This document shows positions 29,028-38,112 of a stretch of DNA of 38,158 nt, piece after piece. Position 1 is the first letter of the stretch. Each line of letters begins with the position of its first letter. The stretch lies in the NCBI GenBank assembly GCA_046757025.1, contig JBHHXN010000031.1, positions 1-38,158 of the forward strand, written 5' to 3'. Both the position numbers and the translations under genes were made by a program. This stretch comes from a bacterium. GTDB lineage: Bacteria > Zhuqueibacterota > Zhuqueibacteria > Oceanimicrobiales > Oceanimicrobiaceae. Under the pieces are notes generated by a model that searched no databases, had not been told where the DNA came from, and worked only from the letters and a program-made list of their open reading frames with translations.

Positions 29028-29227
29028 GTATTTTTTGCACTCTGTCACTTGCATTTAACCATTTAAAATATAGTAAATTAAGAGTACACTAAATTTCTTG
29101 CAAATGCATCACGGATCAGAAAAAATTGCCTAGTGCGTACAAAGTTTACAGTCATTTCACCACACCGGTCTTTTACTGTGGATTGAATGCGCCGAAAAGA
29201 AAAGATATTTAGTTGGTTTGTATTGGC

Positions 29228-30595
29228 TCAAATCAACCTCAGGGTTTTGTAATGATTGAGCTTGTTGTGCAGAGTTTTGAGACTGATGCCCAGAATTTGC
29301 GCGGCGTGGGTTTTGTTGTTATTGACATATTCCAACGTTTTCAGAATCAGCTCTCTTTCGGACACTTCCAGGGAAGTCCCAATCGGGATGTGAATATCAA
29401 TTTTACTGCCATCGGGATTGATAATTCTTTTGGGCAAATCCGAAACCTCAATCGTGTCTCCCTTACACAGCACGATGGCGCGTTCGATGGTATTTTTTAA
29501 TTCACGCACATTTCCAGGCCATTGGTAGCGATTCAAAATTTCCAGTGATTGTTGTGAAAAGTGCATCACGGGCTTTTGGTTCTTTTCGCTGAAGTATTGA
29601 CGAAATTCATTCATCAACAGCGGAATGTCGCCGGTTCTATCTCGTAGCGGCGGCAGCTCAATTTCCACAACACACAGCCGGTAATACAGGTCATCGCGCA
29701 GCAGTTTTTCCTCCAGAGCTTCTTCGAGATTTTTGTTGGAGGCCGAAATTACCCGCACATCCACCTCAATTTCATGTTTGCCACCCAGGCGCCGAAATCT
29801 TCTTTCTTCCAGAGCTCGCAACAACTTAGCCTGAATTTCGATGGGCATTTCGCAGACTTCATCTAAAAATAACGTGCCATTGTCCGCCAGCTCAAAGCAA
29901 CCGGCCTTTTCTTTAAGTGCCCCGGTAAAGGCTCCCAGTTCATGACCAAACAGCTCGTTCTCCAGAATTTCCATTGGAAACGCCGAGCAGTTCACCGCCA
30001 CAAACGGTCCATCACAGCGGTTACTGGCTCTGTGAATAGCTCGCGCCACCAGCTCTTTGCCGGTACCGCTTTCACCGGTGATGATAACGCTGGTAGTGGT
30101 ATCGGCCACCGCTTCGATGAGTTTATAAATTTCCTGCATTTCGTTGCTTTGTCCGATCAAATCATCGAAGTGGGTAAGATTTTTAAGCTGCTGCTCCAAC
30201 CTCTTGTGTGAAACCACCAGACTGTAGTGCTTTAATGCCTTGATAATAATGGTTTTCAATCTGTATGGATCAACCGGTTTCTCGATGTAATCATACGCGC
30301 CTTTTTTGATGGCTTCCACTGCGCTGGAGACAGTGCCATTGCCGCTGAAGATGATGGTTTCGGTGAGTATTTCGTTTTCCTTCATTCGGCTCAACAACTC
30401 AATGCCATCGATTTCCGGCAAGGTTAAATCCACCAGGATGACGGCAAATTTATCGGTTACCAGCTTTTGCAGGGCATCCCGCCCACTCGATGTGGATTCT
30501 ACCTCGTATCCTTCGGAGGTTAAAAGCTCTTTAAGCTGTTCAACTATCAAATTATCATAGTCCGCGATAAGAATTTTACTATTATTGAACGTCAT
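29228..30595 (-). CDS. Sigma-54-dependent response regulator (REC-AAA+-Fis HTH; NtrC/AtoC/ZraR family)
   Basis: Receiver domain (VILVDLTLP...KP), GESGTGKE, ELFGHELGAFTGA, LFLDEV, WPGNVREL, NKTHAAQILGISLKTLHNKL. Start moved to the ATG at 30595. Confidence 0.95.
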   Translation of the reverse strand: MTFNNSKILIADYDNLIVEQLKELLTSEGYEVESTSSGRDALQKLVTDKFAVILVDLTLPEIDGIELLSRMKENEILTETIIFSGNGTVSSAVEAIKKGAYDYIEKPVDPYRLKTIIIKALKHYSLVVSHKRLEQQLKNLTHFDDLIGQSNEMQEIYKLIEAVADTTTSVIITGESGTGKELVARAIHRASNRCDGPFVAVNCSAFPMEILENELFGHELGAFTGALKEKAGCFELADNGTLFLDEVCEMPIEIQAKLLRALEERRFRRLGGKHEIEVDVRVISASNKNLEEALEEKLLRDDLYYRLCVVEIELPPLRDRTGDIPLLMNEFRQYFSEKNQKPVMHFSQQSLEILNRYQWPGNVRELKNTIERAIVLCKGDTIEVSDLPKRIINPDGSKIDIHIPIGTSLEVSERELILKTLEYVNNNKTHAAQILGISLKTLHNKLNHYKTLRLI

Positions 30596-30649
30596 TTGAA
30601 GTTTGAGCCAGTTGAGGTTTGTCAGGATTGCAGTTCTAACCGGGGTCGA

Positions 30650-30665
30650 TGCGAAAACTATGCCA
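30650..30665 (-). promoter_or_regulatory. Sigma-54-type promoter upstream of the activator gene itself
   Basis: Minus strand TGGCATAGTTTTCGCA (GG-N10-GC), 55 bp upstream of the ATG at 30595. Confidence 0.6.
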
Positions 30666-30874
30666 CCAGCAGGACACAAAGCCATTTTTTAAATTTATAT
30701 AAATATCGAGTGATTTACTCTATAAAATCTACACTTCAATCAGGTAAATTAAATGAATTAATTACATCCAGCGCCTGTGAAATGTTTATATGTGTTTCGA
30801 TGTGAAACAAATGTGCCTTTTTGAACAAAGCGATCTAAGCCAGGGAATCCACTTTCATAGTTTTTATCCAAATA

Positions 30875-31017
30875 ACTTTCTTAGAGCCTGCCCTGAACCT
30901 GGCGAAGTGATTAACTCCGCAACGGCAAAATCTATTCCCCTCAAGCTATTTTATTTTCTCAGGTTAAGTGACGTATGATTCTTCGCCCGCCCGCTCAGCA
31001 GGATCGCTCAGAATGAC
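30875..31017. repeat. Decayed GTCATTCTGAG-type REP doublet containing a hairpin mini-element
   Basis: The right unit is GATTCTTCG...GCTCAGAATGAC (30977-31017). 30884-30931 resembles 37173-37219, including GCCTGCCCTGAACCTGGCGAAG. Confidence 0.6.
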
Positions 31018-31189
31018 CATATTGGATGAAGGTTGCGTTAAAATGGATAGCCGTACGTTTTAAAGTGCAAATGACTGTGGTAGATGGCGAGTTACCTGAG
31101 GGAATTTATTGGTGAGAAATTTACAAAAAAGATGAACCGGCAAAAAATTCTGCAAGAAGGTCGATTACTTTCACCTTGGCATTTTTTCC

Positions 31190-34100
31190 TCAATTCAATT
31201 GGCTCTCCGCACTCCATTTTTCAACTAAACTCAAAATATCCTTGATCATGAACGGTTTGGCGATGTAATCATCACAGCCGGCTAACAGCACTTTTTCGCG
31301 ATCTCCTTTCATGGCTTTAGCCGTCATGGCAATAATCGGAATGTTTTTGAAGTTCTCATCCGCTTTCAATCGCCGGGTTGCTTCATAACCGTCCATGCCG
31401 GGCATCATGATATCCATTAAAATCAAATCCGGCTTGATGGCCTCGGCTTGTCTGATGGCGTCCTGTCCTTCGTTGGCAAAATATACGCGATACCCTTGCA
31501 CATCCAGAATATACTTGATGGCATATTGCGTATCCAGATCATCGTCCACGATCAAAACCCGCGGCATGGTTTGGCTAGCATCATCGCTTTTACCAGAAAA
31601 GTTCAGCAATCTTTTACTGGCGAGTTTTTTAATATTGAAAAATAACGGCAGATCTAAAACCGCTCTTTTCTTTTTTGAGCTAATTTCGAGATTTTTCAAG
31701 ATGGTCACCAGGTTTTGAGGCTTGAATGGCTTAACCAAATATTCAGTCACTCCCATATCAAATGCCCGTTCTTGCTCAGACAAGATGGACGTGACCACGA
31801 TGGGAATGTCTTTGGTGGCGTCATCCTTTTTAAGGGATTCCAAAACCTCCCAGCCGCTGGTTTCTGGCATGATCAAATCCAGAGTGATGGCGAAAGGATG
31901 AAATTGTTTTGCCAATTCCACGACATCTTCGCCATTTTGTGGGAATACGATCTGGAAGCTGTTCTCATGCAAAAACTGGCACATAATGTAGATGGCTTCT
32001 TTTTCATCATCTACCACCAAAATGGTTTTTTTGTTTTTGTCCAGCTGTTCACGGTCGTCGTCAAGGTCTAATTCATCGTCGAATTTTTGCTCGACAAAGC
32101 TGACCGGGGCAGCGGTTTCCAGCTCTTCCGTGACCGCTTCGGTTTTGGTCTGAAATGGAATGATCAGGGTGAATGTGGAGCCTTTACCCAGCTTGCTTTC
32201 TACCGAAACCGAGCCACCAATGATGGCCAAGACATTGCGTGTAATGGACAACCCCAATCCGGTTCCGCCAAACTTTCTGGAATCGGAGCTGTCGATTTGC
32301 TGAAATTCGTTGAAGATTTCATCTAATCTGTCTTTGGGAATGCCAATGCCAGTATCGGAAATTTTTATCTGCAGTACGGAGGCACTTTTTAAGGCCGCTG
32401 CTACATGGATACGTCCCTTGCGGGTAAATTTCACGGCGTTGCTGAGCACATTGACCAGCGCTTTGGTCAATTTATCTTGATCGGTGTGAATGTAGTCCGG
32501 TACATCCTCAGAAAATTCATGATCCAGCTTCAGGTTTTTCTCGATGCAAAGGGGTCGAATGTGTTCAATGGTTTCCTCAATCACGGCACGAATGGGAATC
32601 ACCGAGTACCTGAGCTCAGCGCGGCCGGACTCGATTTTAGAGAGATCCAGAATGTCGTTTATCAAGGTCAATAAATTGCGCCCGCTGCGTTGAATGATCT
32701 GCAGTTGCTTGTTTTGTTCCGCGTTTAAATCACCGGAAATACCTCGAATGAGTATATCTGAAATTGTGATGATGGCGTTCAGCGGCGTGCGCAGCTCATG
32801 CGAAACATTGGCCAAAAACTCGGTTTTCAATTTATTGGCCTTCTCCAGCTCCCTGGCCTTTTCTGCGGCCTCTTTGAACAGCCGCGCATTTTCAATGGCA
32901 ATGGCCGCTCGGTCTGCCAGCTCCTGCGCCAATTTAAGATCGCTTTCTTTATATTTTCGTCTGGAATGACAAACCAGATAGACCATAATACCGATGATAC
33001 GGTCGCGTACTCGCAGAGGCAGCAGCATCAGCGAGGAGATATCGTATTTTTTTTGAACGTAGTAAAACGGCGTTTCGCTAAACTCGTTGATCGATTCAGA
33101 AAAAGGTTTGGAAGTCCGCAGCCCGTTGCCGGTAAAGGCCACATTCCCGATGAGGCCCTCGCCAATGCGGCTGGGAAATTCTTCATATCCTTTGAGAAAA
33201 AGATCCACAATTGCCTGGCTTTCGTGGTAAGATGCGTACGGCTTTAAAATATCGCCGGTGTCTTCCAGCAAAAGTAAACTGCAAAAATCACCGATGGCTT
33301 TGCCGCCCTTGTTCACGATGGCCGTCAACACATCTTTCATCTTCAAACTGGAATGAAAAATCTGGCTGATTTCAGCAAGCAGCGTGGCATGTTTCTCATT
33401 CTCTTTTTGCACTTGAAAAAGCCGGGCATTTTCAATAGCCAGAGCGGCGTTGTCAGCAAAAATTTCCAGATCGCGAATTTTATTTAAAGTGGGCTTTTTG
33501 TGGTCATCCGGCGCATCCACGCTAATGACCCCCAAAACTTTGTCTTTTGTGCGGATGGGTACCAACAAGGCGTCCAGCGCGTGCCATTCATCCTCAGCGC
33601 TCTTCCCCAGCTCTGTGTACAGAGAAAACGGCGTATTTTCATGAATCAGATTCGCGTTGTGCGGCACATAATAGGAATTGCTGATCTGGTACTCGGGATT
33701 GAAATACTTTTCAGTGTGTTTGAAAGGAATGTCACCCCAATTCATCACTTCTTCAACCTGGCCAGGTTCCAGCCCGGCCGTAGCCACTACGCGGGAGGTT
33801 TGTCTTTTGTAATCGCGTAGAGAAATGATCGCCTTTTTCCAACCAAGCGCCTGCACCGCTTCACAAATGCGGTTTAATATCACATCGATATCCACATTCA
33901 GTCGAATCTCTTCCCCGATTTCCAGAAGCCTGGCCAGCTGATTGACCTTTTTTTGAAGTTCCTCTGTCCTTTTCTTGACCTTAAACTCTAAATTTTTCGC
34001 ATACTCCTTTAGCTCGTTTTGCATGCGCTTGTATTCAGAAATATCTCGCCCCACCGCCATGGCCCCGATACGGCGATTGTAACGGTCAAATAATGGCCGG

Positions 34101-36043
34101 GCGTTCCAACTGCACAAAATCGATTTGCCGTCTTTGGTGTTGATCTGCGATTCAAAGTCTTTAATTTCTACGCGCATGGCCGGGCCATAATTTTTTTCCA
34201 ATCTCTTCAGATCGTCAAAAAAGATCGGCAGATGTTGTTTTGTGAGCTCCTCGGCACGGTATTGCAGCAGCTTGCGGCCATATTCGTTTATGAACGTGCA
34301 ATTGGCATCGTTATCCACCACCAGCAGAATATCCGACATGCCGGAGATCAAAGTCTCATAATACGAAGTCGTGGCCTGCAGCTCGCTGGTTTTATTGGTG
34401 AGCTCTTCTGCGTATTCTTCCAGGCTCCGTTCCAGCGTCTTTCGGCGGGTGACGTCTTTTTCAATCCAGAGATAATTGACGGTCTGACCTATCTCCTGTT
34501 TGATGGGTACCACCGACAGTTCACCGATGATGGCGCTGCCGTCTTTTCGTTTCGTGTCAAATTCCCCCCGCCAGATTTTGCCTTCGCTAATGGTGCTCCA
34601 GATATTTTTATGCACGTTTTCACTGCGCTGGTCGTATTTCAAGATATCGGTTTTATGGCCGATAAGCTCTGATTTTGCATAACCGGTCATGATCGTGAAG
34701 GTCCGATTCACATAGGTGATTTGTCCCTCCAGATCCGTAATCAGGATGCCGTCGGTGGAATTTTCAATGCTTTGTTTGAAAATCTCGATGTCTTTTGTCT
34801 TCTCCTTGACCAGCTTCTCCAATCCCAGCTCGATCCGTTTCCTCTCAGTCAAATTGGTTACCACCGATTGGATGCCGGAGTAATCGCCACGGGCATCGAT
34901 TATGGGCACGGTGTTTATCAGTACCGGCACCTTTTCACCGTCCCGAGACAGCATTTCCAGCTCCAACTGCTCTGCGGTGCGGTAACCATTGTGCATGTTT
35001 TCCAGACCGAGCTTTTCATAATTTGCTGGATCAAAAAATACCGAAATATGTTTACCCAGCAAGGTCTCGGTATCGTAATGCAGCATGTCCGCAATGGCCT
35101 GATTGGTAAAAATCAAGGTGCCTCTTTTGTCGGTGACGATGAATCCGTCGGCCATTTTTTCCACCAGGTTCTGGAAGGTTTTTTCACTTTTTTCCAGATC
35201 TTTTTTTGACTTTTCCAGAGACTCGCGCAGCTCTTTTTCAATTTTCAGAAATCGCAGTTGATCGGCAAAAATACCCACCAGAAATGACGTAATAAACAAA
35301 CCTTTCAGGGCGTGCCCAAAATCAAATGAAACATCGAACAGCGTATTCCAGAAACTGAGGTAAACATTGGTGAACACCCCAAACACAGAGGCCACAATAA
35401 ACCAGAAATAGAGCGCCCTGCGATCTTTATGAAATCGCCACAACAACATTGCCGCCGCGCAGAAGATCAAACAGGCTGAAAATAGATCCAGACCCTTTTT
35501 TAGCAGCGTGGTGTGGTCCTGCTGGTAAAGAATTGGCGGTAAAAAATTGAACAGAGAAACCACAATAAAAAATACAAATGCCAGCGCATTCAGGTAGATT
35601 AACGAGATGTTGCGAAAGGTGGGCTGCAACATCGGTTTGTTGATATTGAAAATCCCGATGAGAAAATAAACCGAAAATAACATTCTGCCGATTATTTCAA
35701 ATGCCAGACCCGTGTTGACGGAAGGCGGCAGCCAAGCGATATCATGGAATCCCGGGAAAGCAAAACTCTGAAAGATTTGGAAAATGACAAAAGTTAGAAA
35801 AGCCAAACCAAAAAACAAAAACTCTTTGGTGCGCTGCAGGTGAAATCTTCGTAGGCAAATAAAAAACAAACAAATCCCGATGTACGCCACGAAGTATTCC
35901 AGAAGGGCGTGTCGTTCGGGCAGATATTTCTGGTTTTGCGCCAAACCAGAAATGATGGGGATGAGATACGTTAGAATGACAACGATAAGCCCGATGGCAA
36001 AGTAACTGACTATGGGCGAAAAAAATGACTTGCGGGAAGGCAT
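31190..36043 (-). CDS. Hybrid sensor histidine kinase: membrane sensor (MASE3-like), 3 PAS, 2 GAF, HisKA, HATPase, 2 receivers
   Basis: Multiple TM segments in the first ~260 aa; PAS starts MADGFIVTD, STDGILITD and MSDILLVVD; GAF ends ALAIENARL and AIAIENARL; FLANVSHELRTPL, NVLSNAVKFT, DTGIGI, GGTGLGL; receivers ITLDLIMP and ILMDIMMP. Confidence 0.93.
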   Translation of the reverse strand: MPSRKSFFSPIVSYFAIGLIVVILTYLIPIISGLAQNQKYLPERHALLEYFVAYIGICLFFICLRRFHLQRTKEFLFFGLAFLTFVIFQIFQSFAFPGFHDIAWLPPSVNTGLAFEIIGRMLFSVYFLIGIFNINKPMLQPTFRNISLIYLNALAFVFFIVVSLFNFLPPILYQQDHTTLLKKGLDLFSACLIFCAAAMLLWRFHKDRRALYFWFIVASVFGVFTNVYLSFWNTLFDVSFDFGHALKGLFITSFLVGIFADQLRFLKIEKELRESLEKSKKDLEKSEKTFQNLVEKMADGFIVTDKRGTLIFTNQAIADMLHYDTETLLGKHISVFFDPANYEKLGLENMHNGYRTAEQLELEMLSRDGEKVPVLINTVPIIDARGDYSGIQSVVTNLTERKRIELGLEKLVKEKTKDIEIFKQSIENSTDGILITDLEGQITYVNRTFTIMTGYAKSELIGHKTDILKYDQRSENVHKNIWSTISEGKIWRGEFDTKRKDGSAIIGELSVVPIKQEIGQTVNYLWIEKDVTRRKTLERSLEEYAEELTNKTSELQATTSYYETLISGMSDILLVVDNDANCTFINEYGRKLLQYRAEELTKQHLPIFFDDLKRLEKNYGPAMRVEIKDFESQINTKDGKSILCSWNARPLFDRYNRRIGAMAVGRDISEYKRMQNELKEYAKNLEFKVKKRTEELQKKVNQLARLLEIGEEIRLNVDIDVILNRICEAVQALGWKKAIISLRDYKRQTSRVVATAGLEPGQVEEVMNWGDIPFKHTEKYFNPEYQISNSYYVPHNANLIHENTPFSLYTELGKSAEDEWHALDALLVPIRTKDKVLGVISVDAPDDHKKPTLNKIRDLEIFADNAALAIENARLFQVQKENEKHATLLAEISQIFHSSLKMKDVLTAIVNKGGKAIGDFCSLLLLEDTGDILKPYASYHESQAIVDLFLKGYEEFPSRIGEGLIGNVAFTGNGLRTSKPFSESINEFSETPFYYVQKKYDISSLMLLPLRVRDRIIGIMVYLVCHSRRKYKESDLKLAQELADRAAIAIENARLFKEAAEKARELEKANKLKTEFLANVSHELRTPLNAIITISDILIRGISGDLNAEQNKQLQIIQRSGRNLLTLINDILDLSKIESGRAELRYSVIPIRAVIEETIEHIRPLCIEKNLKLDHEFSEDVPDYIHTDQDKLTKALVNVLSNAVKFTRKGRIHVAAALKSASVLQIKISDTGIGIPKDRLDEIFNEFQQIDSSDSRKFGGTGLGLSITRNVLAIIGGSVSVESKLGKGSTFTLIIPFQTKTEAVTEELETAAPVSFVEQKFDDELDLDDDREQLDKNKKTILVVDDEKEAIYIMCQFLHENSFQIVFPQNGEDVVELAKQFHPFAITLDLIMPETSGWEVLESLKKDDATKDIPIVVTSILSEQERAFDMGVTEYLVKPFKPQNLVTILKNLEISSKKKRAVLDLPLFFNIKKLASKRLLNFSGKSDDASQTMPRVLIVDDDLDTQYAIKYILDVQGYRVYFANEGQDAIRQAEAIKPDLILMDIMMPGMDGYEATRRLKADENFKNIPIIAMTAKAMKGDREKVLLAGCDDYIAKPFMIKDILSLVEKWSAESQLN

Positions 36044-36070
36044 CCTGTTTCCCTTAACATAAAACCAAAA

Positions 36071-36086
36071 AGCAATTCATAAACCA
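36071..36086 (-). promoter_or_regulatory. Possible sigma-54-type promoter for the hybrid kinase
   Basis: Minus strand TGGTTTATGAATTGCT (GG-N10-GC with a perfect TTGCT and a weaker -24 box), 28 bp upstream of the ATG. Confidence 0.45.
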
Positions 36087-36512
36087 ACTTCACGAACACA
36101 GAATAAATGATTTTAGTTCATCTGGCCCGTACTAAATTTCTTTTCTTATCTATCTGTTTCCACTGCAAGATTTTAAGATTCCCGAAATTTAGTGTTCATT
36201 GTACCAAAAAACGAGGATTAACACAGTAAGTTGATTATTGGTATCGGAAGATTCAGGCGTCTTAAAGTCCCTTGTCAAAGAAATTTACGCAATTAATTCA
36301 TGGAATTCAAACAAAAATACAAATTTAACCATAATTTTACATTTAATTAACGACTCAAATTGTCACGTCATTTCTCCATCCATTGGCAGAATTTCTGGAG
36401 ACCCGACAGAGTTTGAGACGGCCGTAAATACCGCGGAGGCAAACCATTTCGGAGCGCACTTCAAAACGACGGCTAAATTTACCGCCGACTTGAGTGACGG
36501 CAGGATAAATTT

Positions 36513-36673
36513 GTGCTCCATTTCAAAATTAATTGTCCGGCACCTGGCTTCATGGTGAGTCCCAAATCAAATTCGGGACACCAATAAATTCACCCATCGA
36601 TTTTGCTCAGGGTGAAGAGCGGTAGCTTCTACTGGCTCTTGGGAATCCTGCAATCATTTCGGAGATGGGGCAC
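36513..36673 (-). mobile_element. MITE-like element, family B copy 2 (opposite orientation to copy 1)
   Basis: The reverse complement aligns along 26133-26294 (left 65 nt with 12 mismatches by hand count); ends GTGCTCCATTTCAAAATT and TTTCGGAGATGGGGCAC; lies 6 bp after the DUF948 stop codon. Confidence 0.75.
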
Positions 36674-36679
36674 TCCGAT

Positions 36680-37063
36680 TCAACGTTTGATGACATTTTG
36701 CCAGAAAACTTGCCCGCCTTTTACCAGAGCCGAAATGATAGCGGTCAAATCCAGCAGCGGGCGCTCGATGCGTTCCTGGATGAGCGCTTCAAATTCTTTG
36801 ATGTTGCGCGTGGTATCCCGAACTGCCGTCAAGCTGTCCTCAATTTTCACCATCTCCTTCTCAGCCGTGCGAACGATGGAACGCACATCGGTCAGTATCT
36901 GCGTCAAATCATGAATGATGGGAGAGATTTGCAATCGCACCATTTCAATAAGCTTTTGAAATTCACCCAGAACTTTTAAGGCTCGTATCAAAACCACTAT
37001 AATAAAAAGCGTGTTTATAAACAGCAGACCCGCAATGATCGCAACACTTATCGAAGTAACCAT
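36680..37063 (-). CDS. DUF948 (YtxG/YoxC-like) membrane-anchored coiled-coil protein
   Basis: N-terminal TM followed by amphipathic heptads; adjacent to the YtxH gene. Confidence 0.7.
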   Translation of the reverse strand: MVTSISVAIIAGLLFINTLFIIVVLIRALKVLGEFQKLIEMVRLQISPIIHDLTQILTDVRSIVRTAEKEMVKIEDSLTAVRDTTRNIKEFEALIQERIERPLLDLTAIISALVKGGQVFWQNVIKR

Positions 37064-37115
37064 AATTTTATTTCAACTTTTTTGACTTTGTAATTTAATG
37101 AAACGTTTCCAACTA

Positions 37116-37363
37116 TTGTCTGAAAGAAAACCCCCTATTTTGACATTTTGAGGAGTCCTTCGACGTTGCTCAGAGCTTGACCTGAACCTGGCGAAGGGAT
37201 AAATTCCACGACGAATAATCGCATGTATCTCAGATTACTAAAATGCAAAAGTGGTGAATTCGTGCAGAGGGTTCGCTCCTTGAACAAACAGACTCCGAAG
37301 GAAAAGATTCTTCGGTCTCCCGGGTAGCGGAATTCCTCAGAATGACACTTTCTGTCCAGACAC
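37116..37363. mobile_element. MITE-like element with family-A-type ends, 6-bp target duplication CAACTA, carrying a GTCATTCTGAG-type REP doublet and nested mini-elements
   Basis: Ends TTGTCTGAAAGAAA and TTTCTGTCCAGACAC. CAACTA lies at 37110-37115 and 37364-37369. Internal TGACATTTTGAGGA...TCCTCAGAATGACA. Confidence 0.72.
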
Positions 37364-37382
37364 CAACTAACTGCATATTTTC

Positions 37383-37781
37383 TCAGGCTTTTTTCTTTTT
37401 AGCGGATCTTTCTTCTTTATAAGCGTTGACACCGGCATCGATGGCGCTTTTAAGTTTATCTTTTTCCTTTTCAATGGTGGTTTTCCCCTGTTGGATCGCT
37501 ATGGCCGCTTTGTCGGAAACCCCGCTCACCGCAGTCTGTGTTTCTTTGCGCAGCTCTTCCAATTTCTTTTTCGTTTCCTCCAGAATCGCCTCGGCTTTTT
37601 TCTGCGCTAACTGCAGTTTGGCTTCGGCATCACCCCGCAGCTCCAGGGATCGCGTGCGCAGATCTTCGCGAACTTCTTTACCAGATTTGGGGGCATATAA
37701 AATCGCGATGACGGCGCCCACAATACCACCAAATAAAAAACCCTTAAAAAAATTAAAACCGCTGTCGCCGTTGTCAGACAT
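37383..37781 (-). CDS. YtxH-domain protein
   Basis: FLFGGIVGAVIAILYAPKSGKEVREDL followed by coiled coil; AGGAGG RBS. Confidence 0.92.
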   Translation of the reverse strand: MSDNGDSGFNFFKGFLFGGIVGAVIAILYAPKSGKEVREDLRTRSLELRGDAEAKLQLAQKKAEAILEETKKKLEELRKETQTAVSGVSDKAAIAIQQGKTTIEKEKDKLKSAIDAGVNAYKEERSAKKKKA

Positions 37782-37823
37782 AATTTCCTCCTTGTTTAAA
37801 GTTTGTTAGTAATACTCTAATTA

Positions 37824-37968
37824 GTCCATCCGGAATCGTCATTCCCGAATGCTCCCTGCTTAAAACATGCAGGGACAAGCTCATCGGGAATCTCATGCCT
37901 AATGGATCAATGGATTCCCGATTAAAGATTGCGGGAATGACAAAAAAAGGTTCCTTACGGATGGACAC
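37824..37968. mobile_element. MITE-like element with GTGTCC-type ends, 6-bp flanking repeat TAATTA, carrying a CGTCATTCCCG REP doublet
   Basis: Ends GTCCATCCG and CGGATGGACAC. TAATTA lies at 37818-37823 and 37969-37974. Internal units CGTCATTCCCG...CGGGAATC and GATTCCCG...CGGGAATGAC. Confidence 0.72.
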
Positions 37969-38112
37969 TAATTACATGCGAATTTTTTAAATAAAAATAA
38001 CTCAAGTTTCGTAGCAGTGTAATCAATGGTTTCTAACGCATAATTATTAACCTGAATTCAAATAATTCTTTACACAAATAGTTAGTGATTGACCGAAAAG
38101 TCCATATTTCTA

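Noticed and set aside
30596..30685. N-terminal extension of the sigma-54 activator in the ORF track
   Set aside because: It precedes the receiver domain and contains the -24/-12 motif; the ATG at 30595 fits better.
36238..36558. 106-aa plus-strand ORF between the kinase and DUF948
   Set aside because: TTG start, no motifs, and it runs into the family B repeat.
37774..37968. 64-aa ORF (VIPAIFNRESI...) upstream of ytxH
   Set aside because: It is a translation of the CGTC repeat element.
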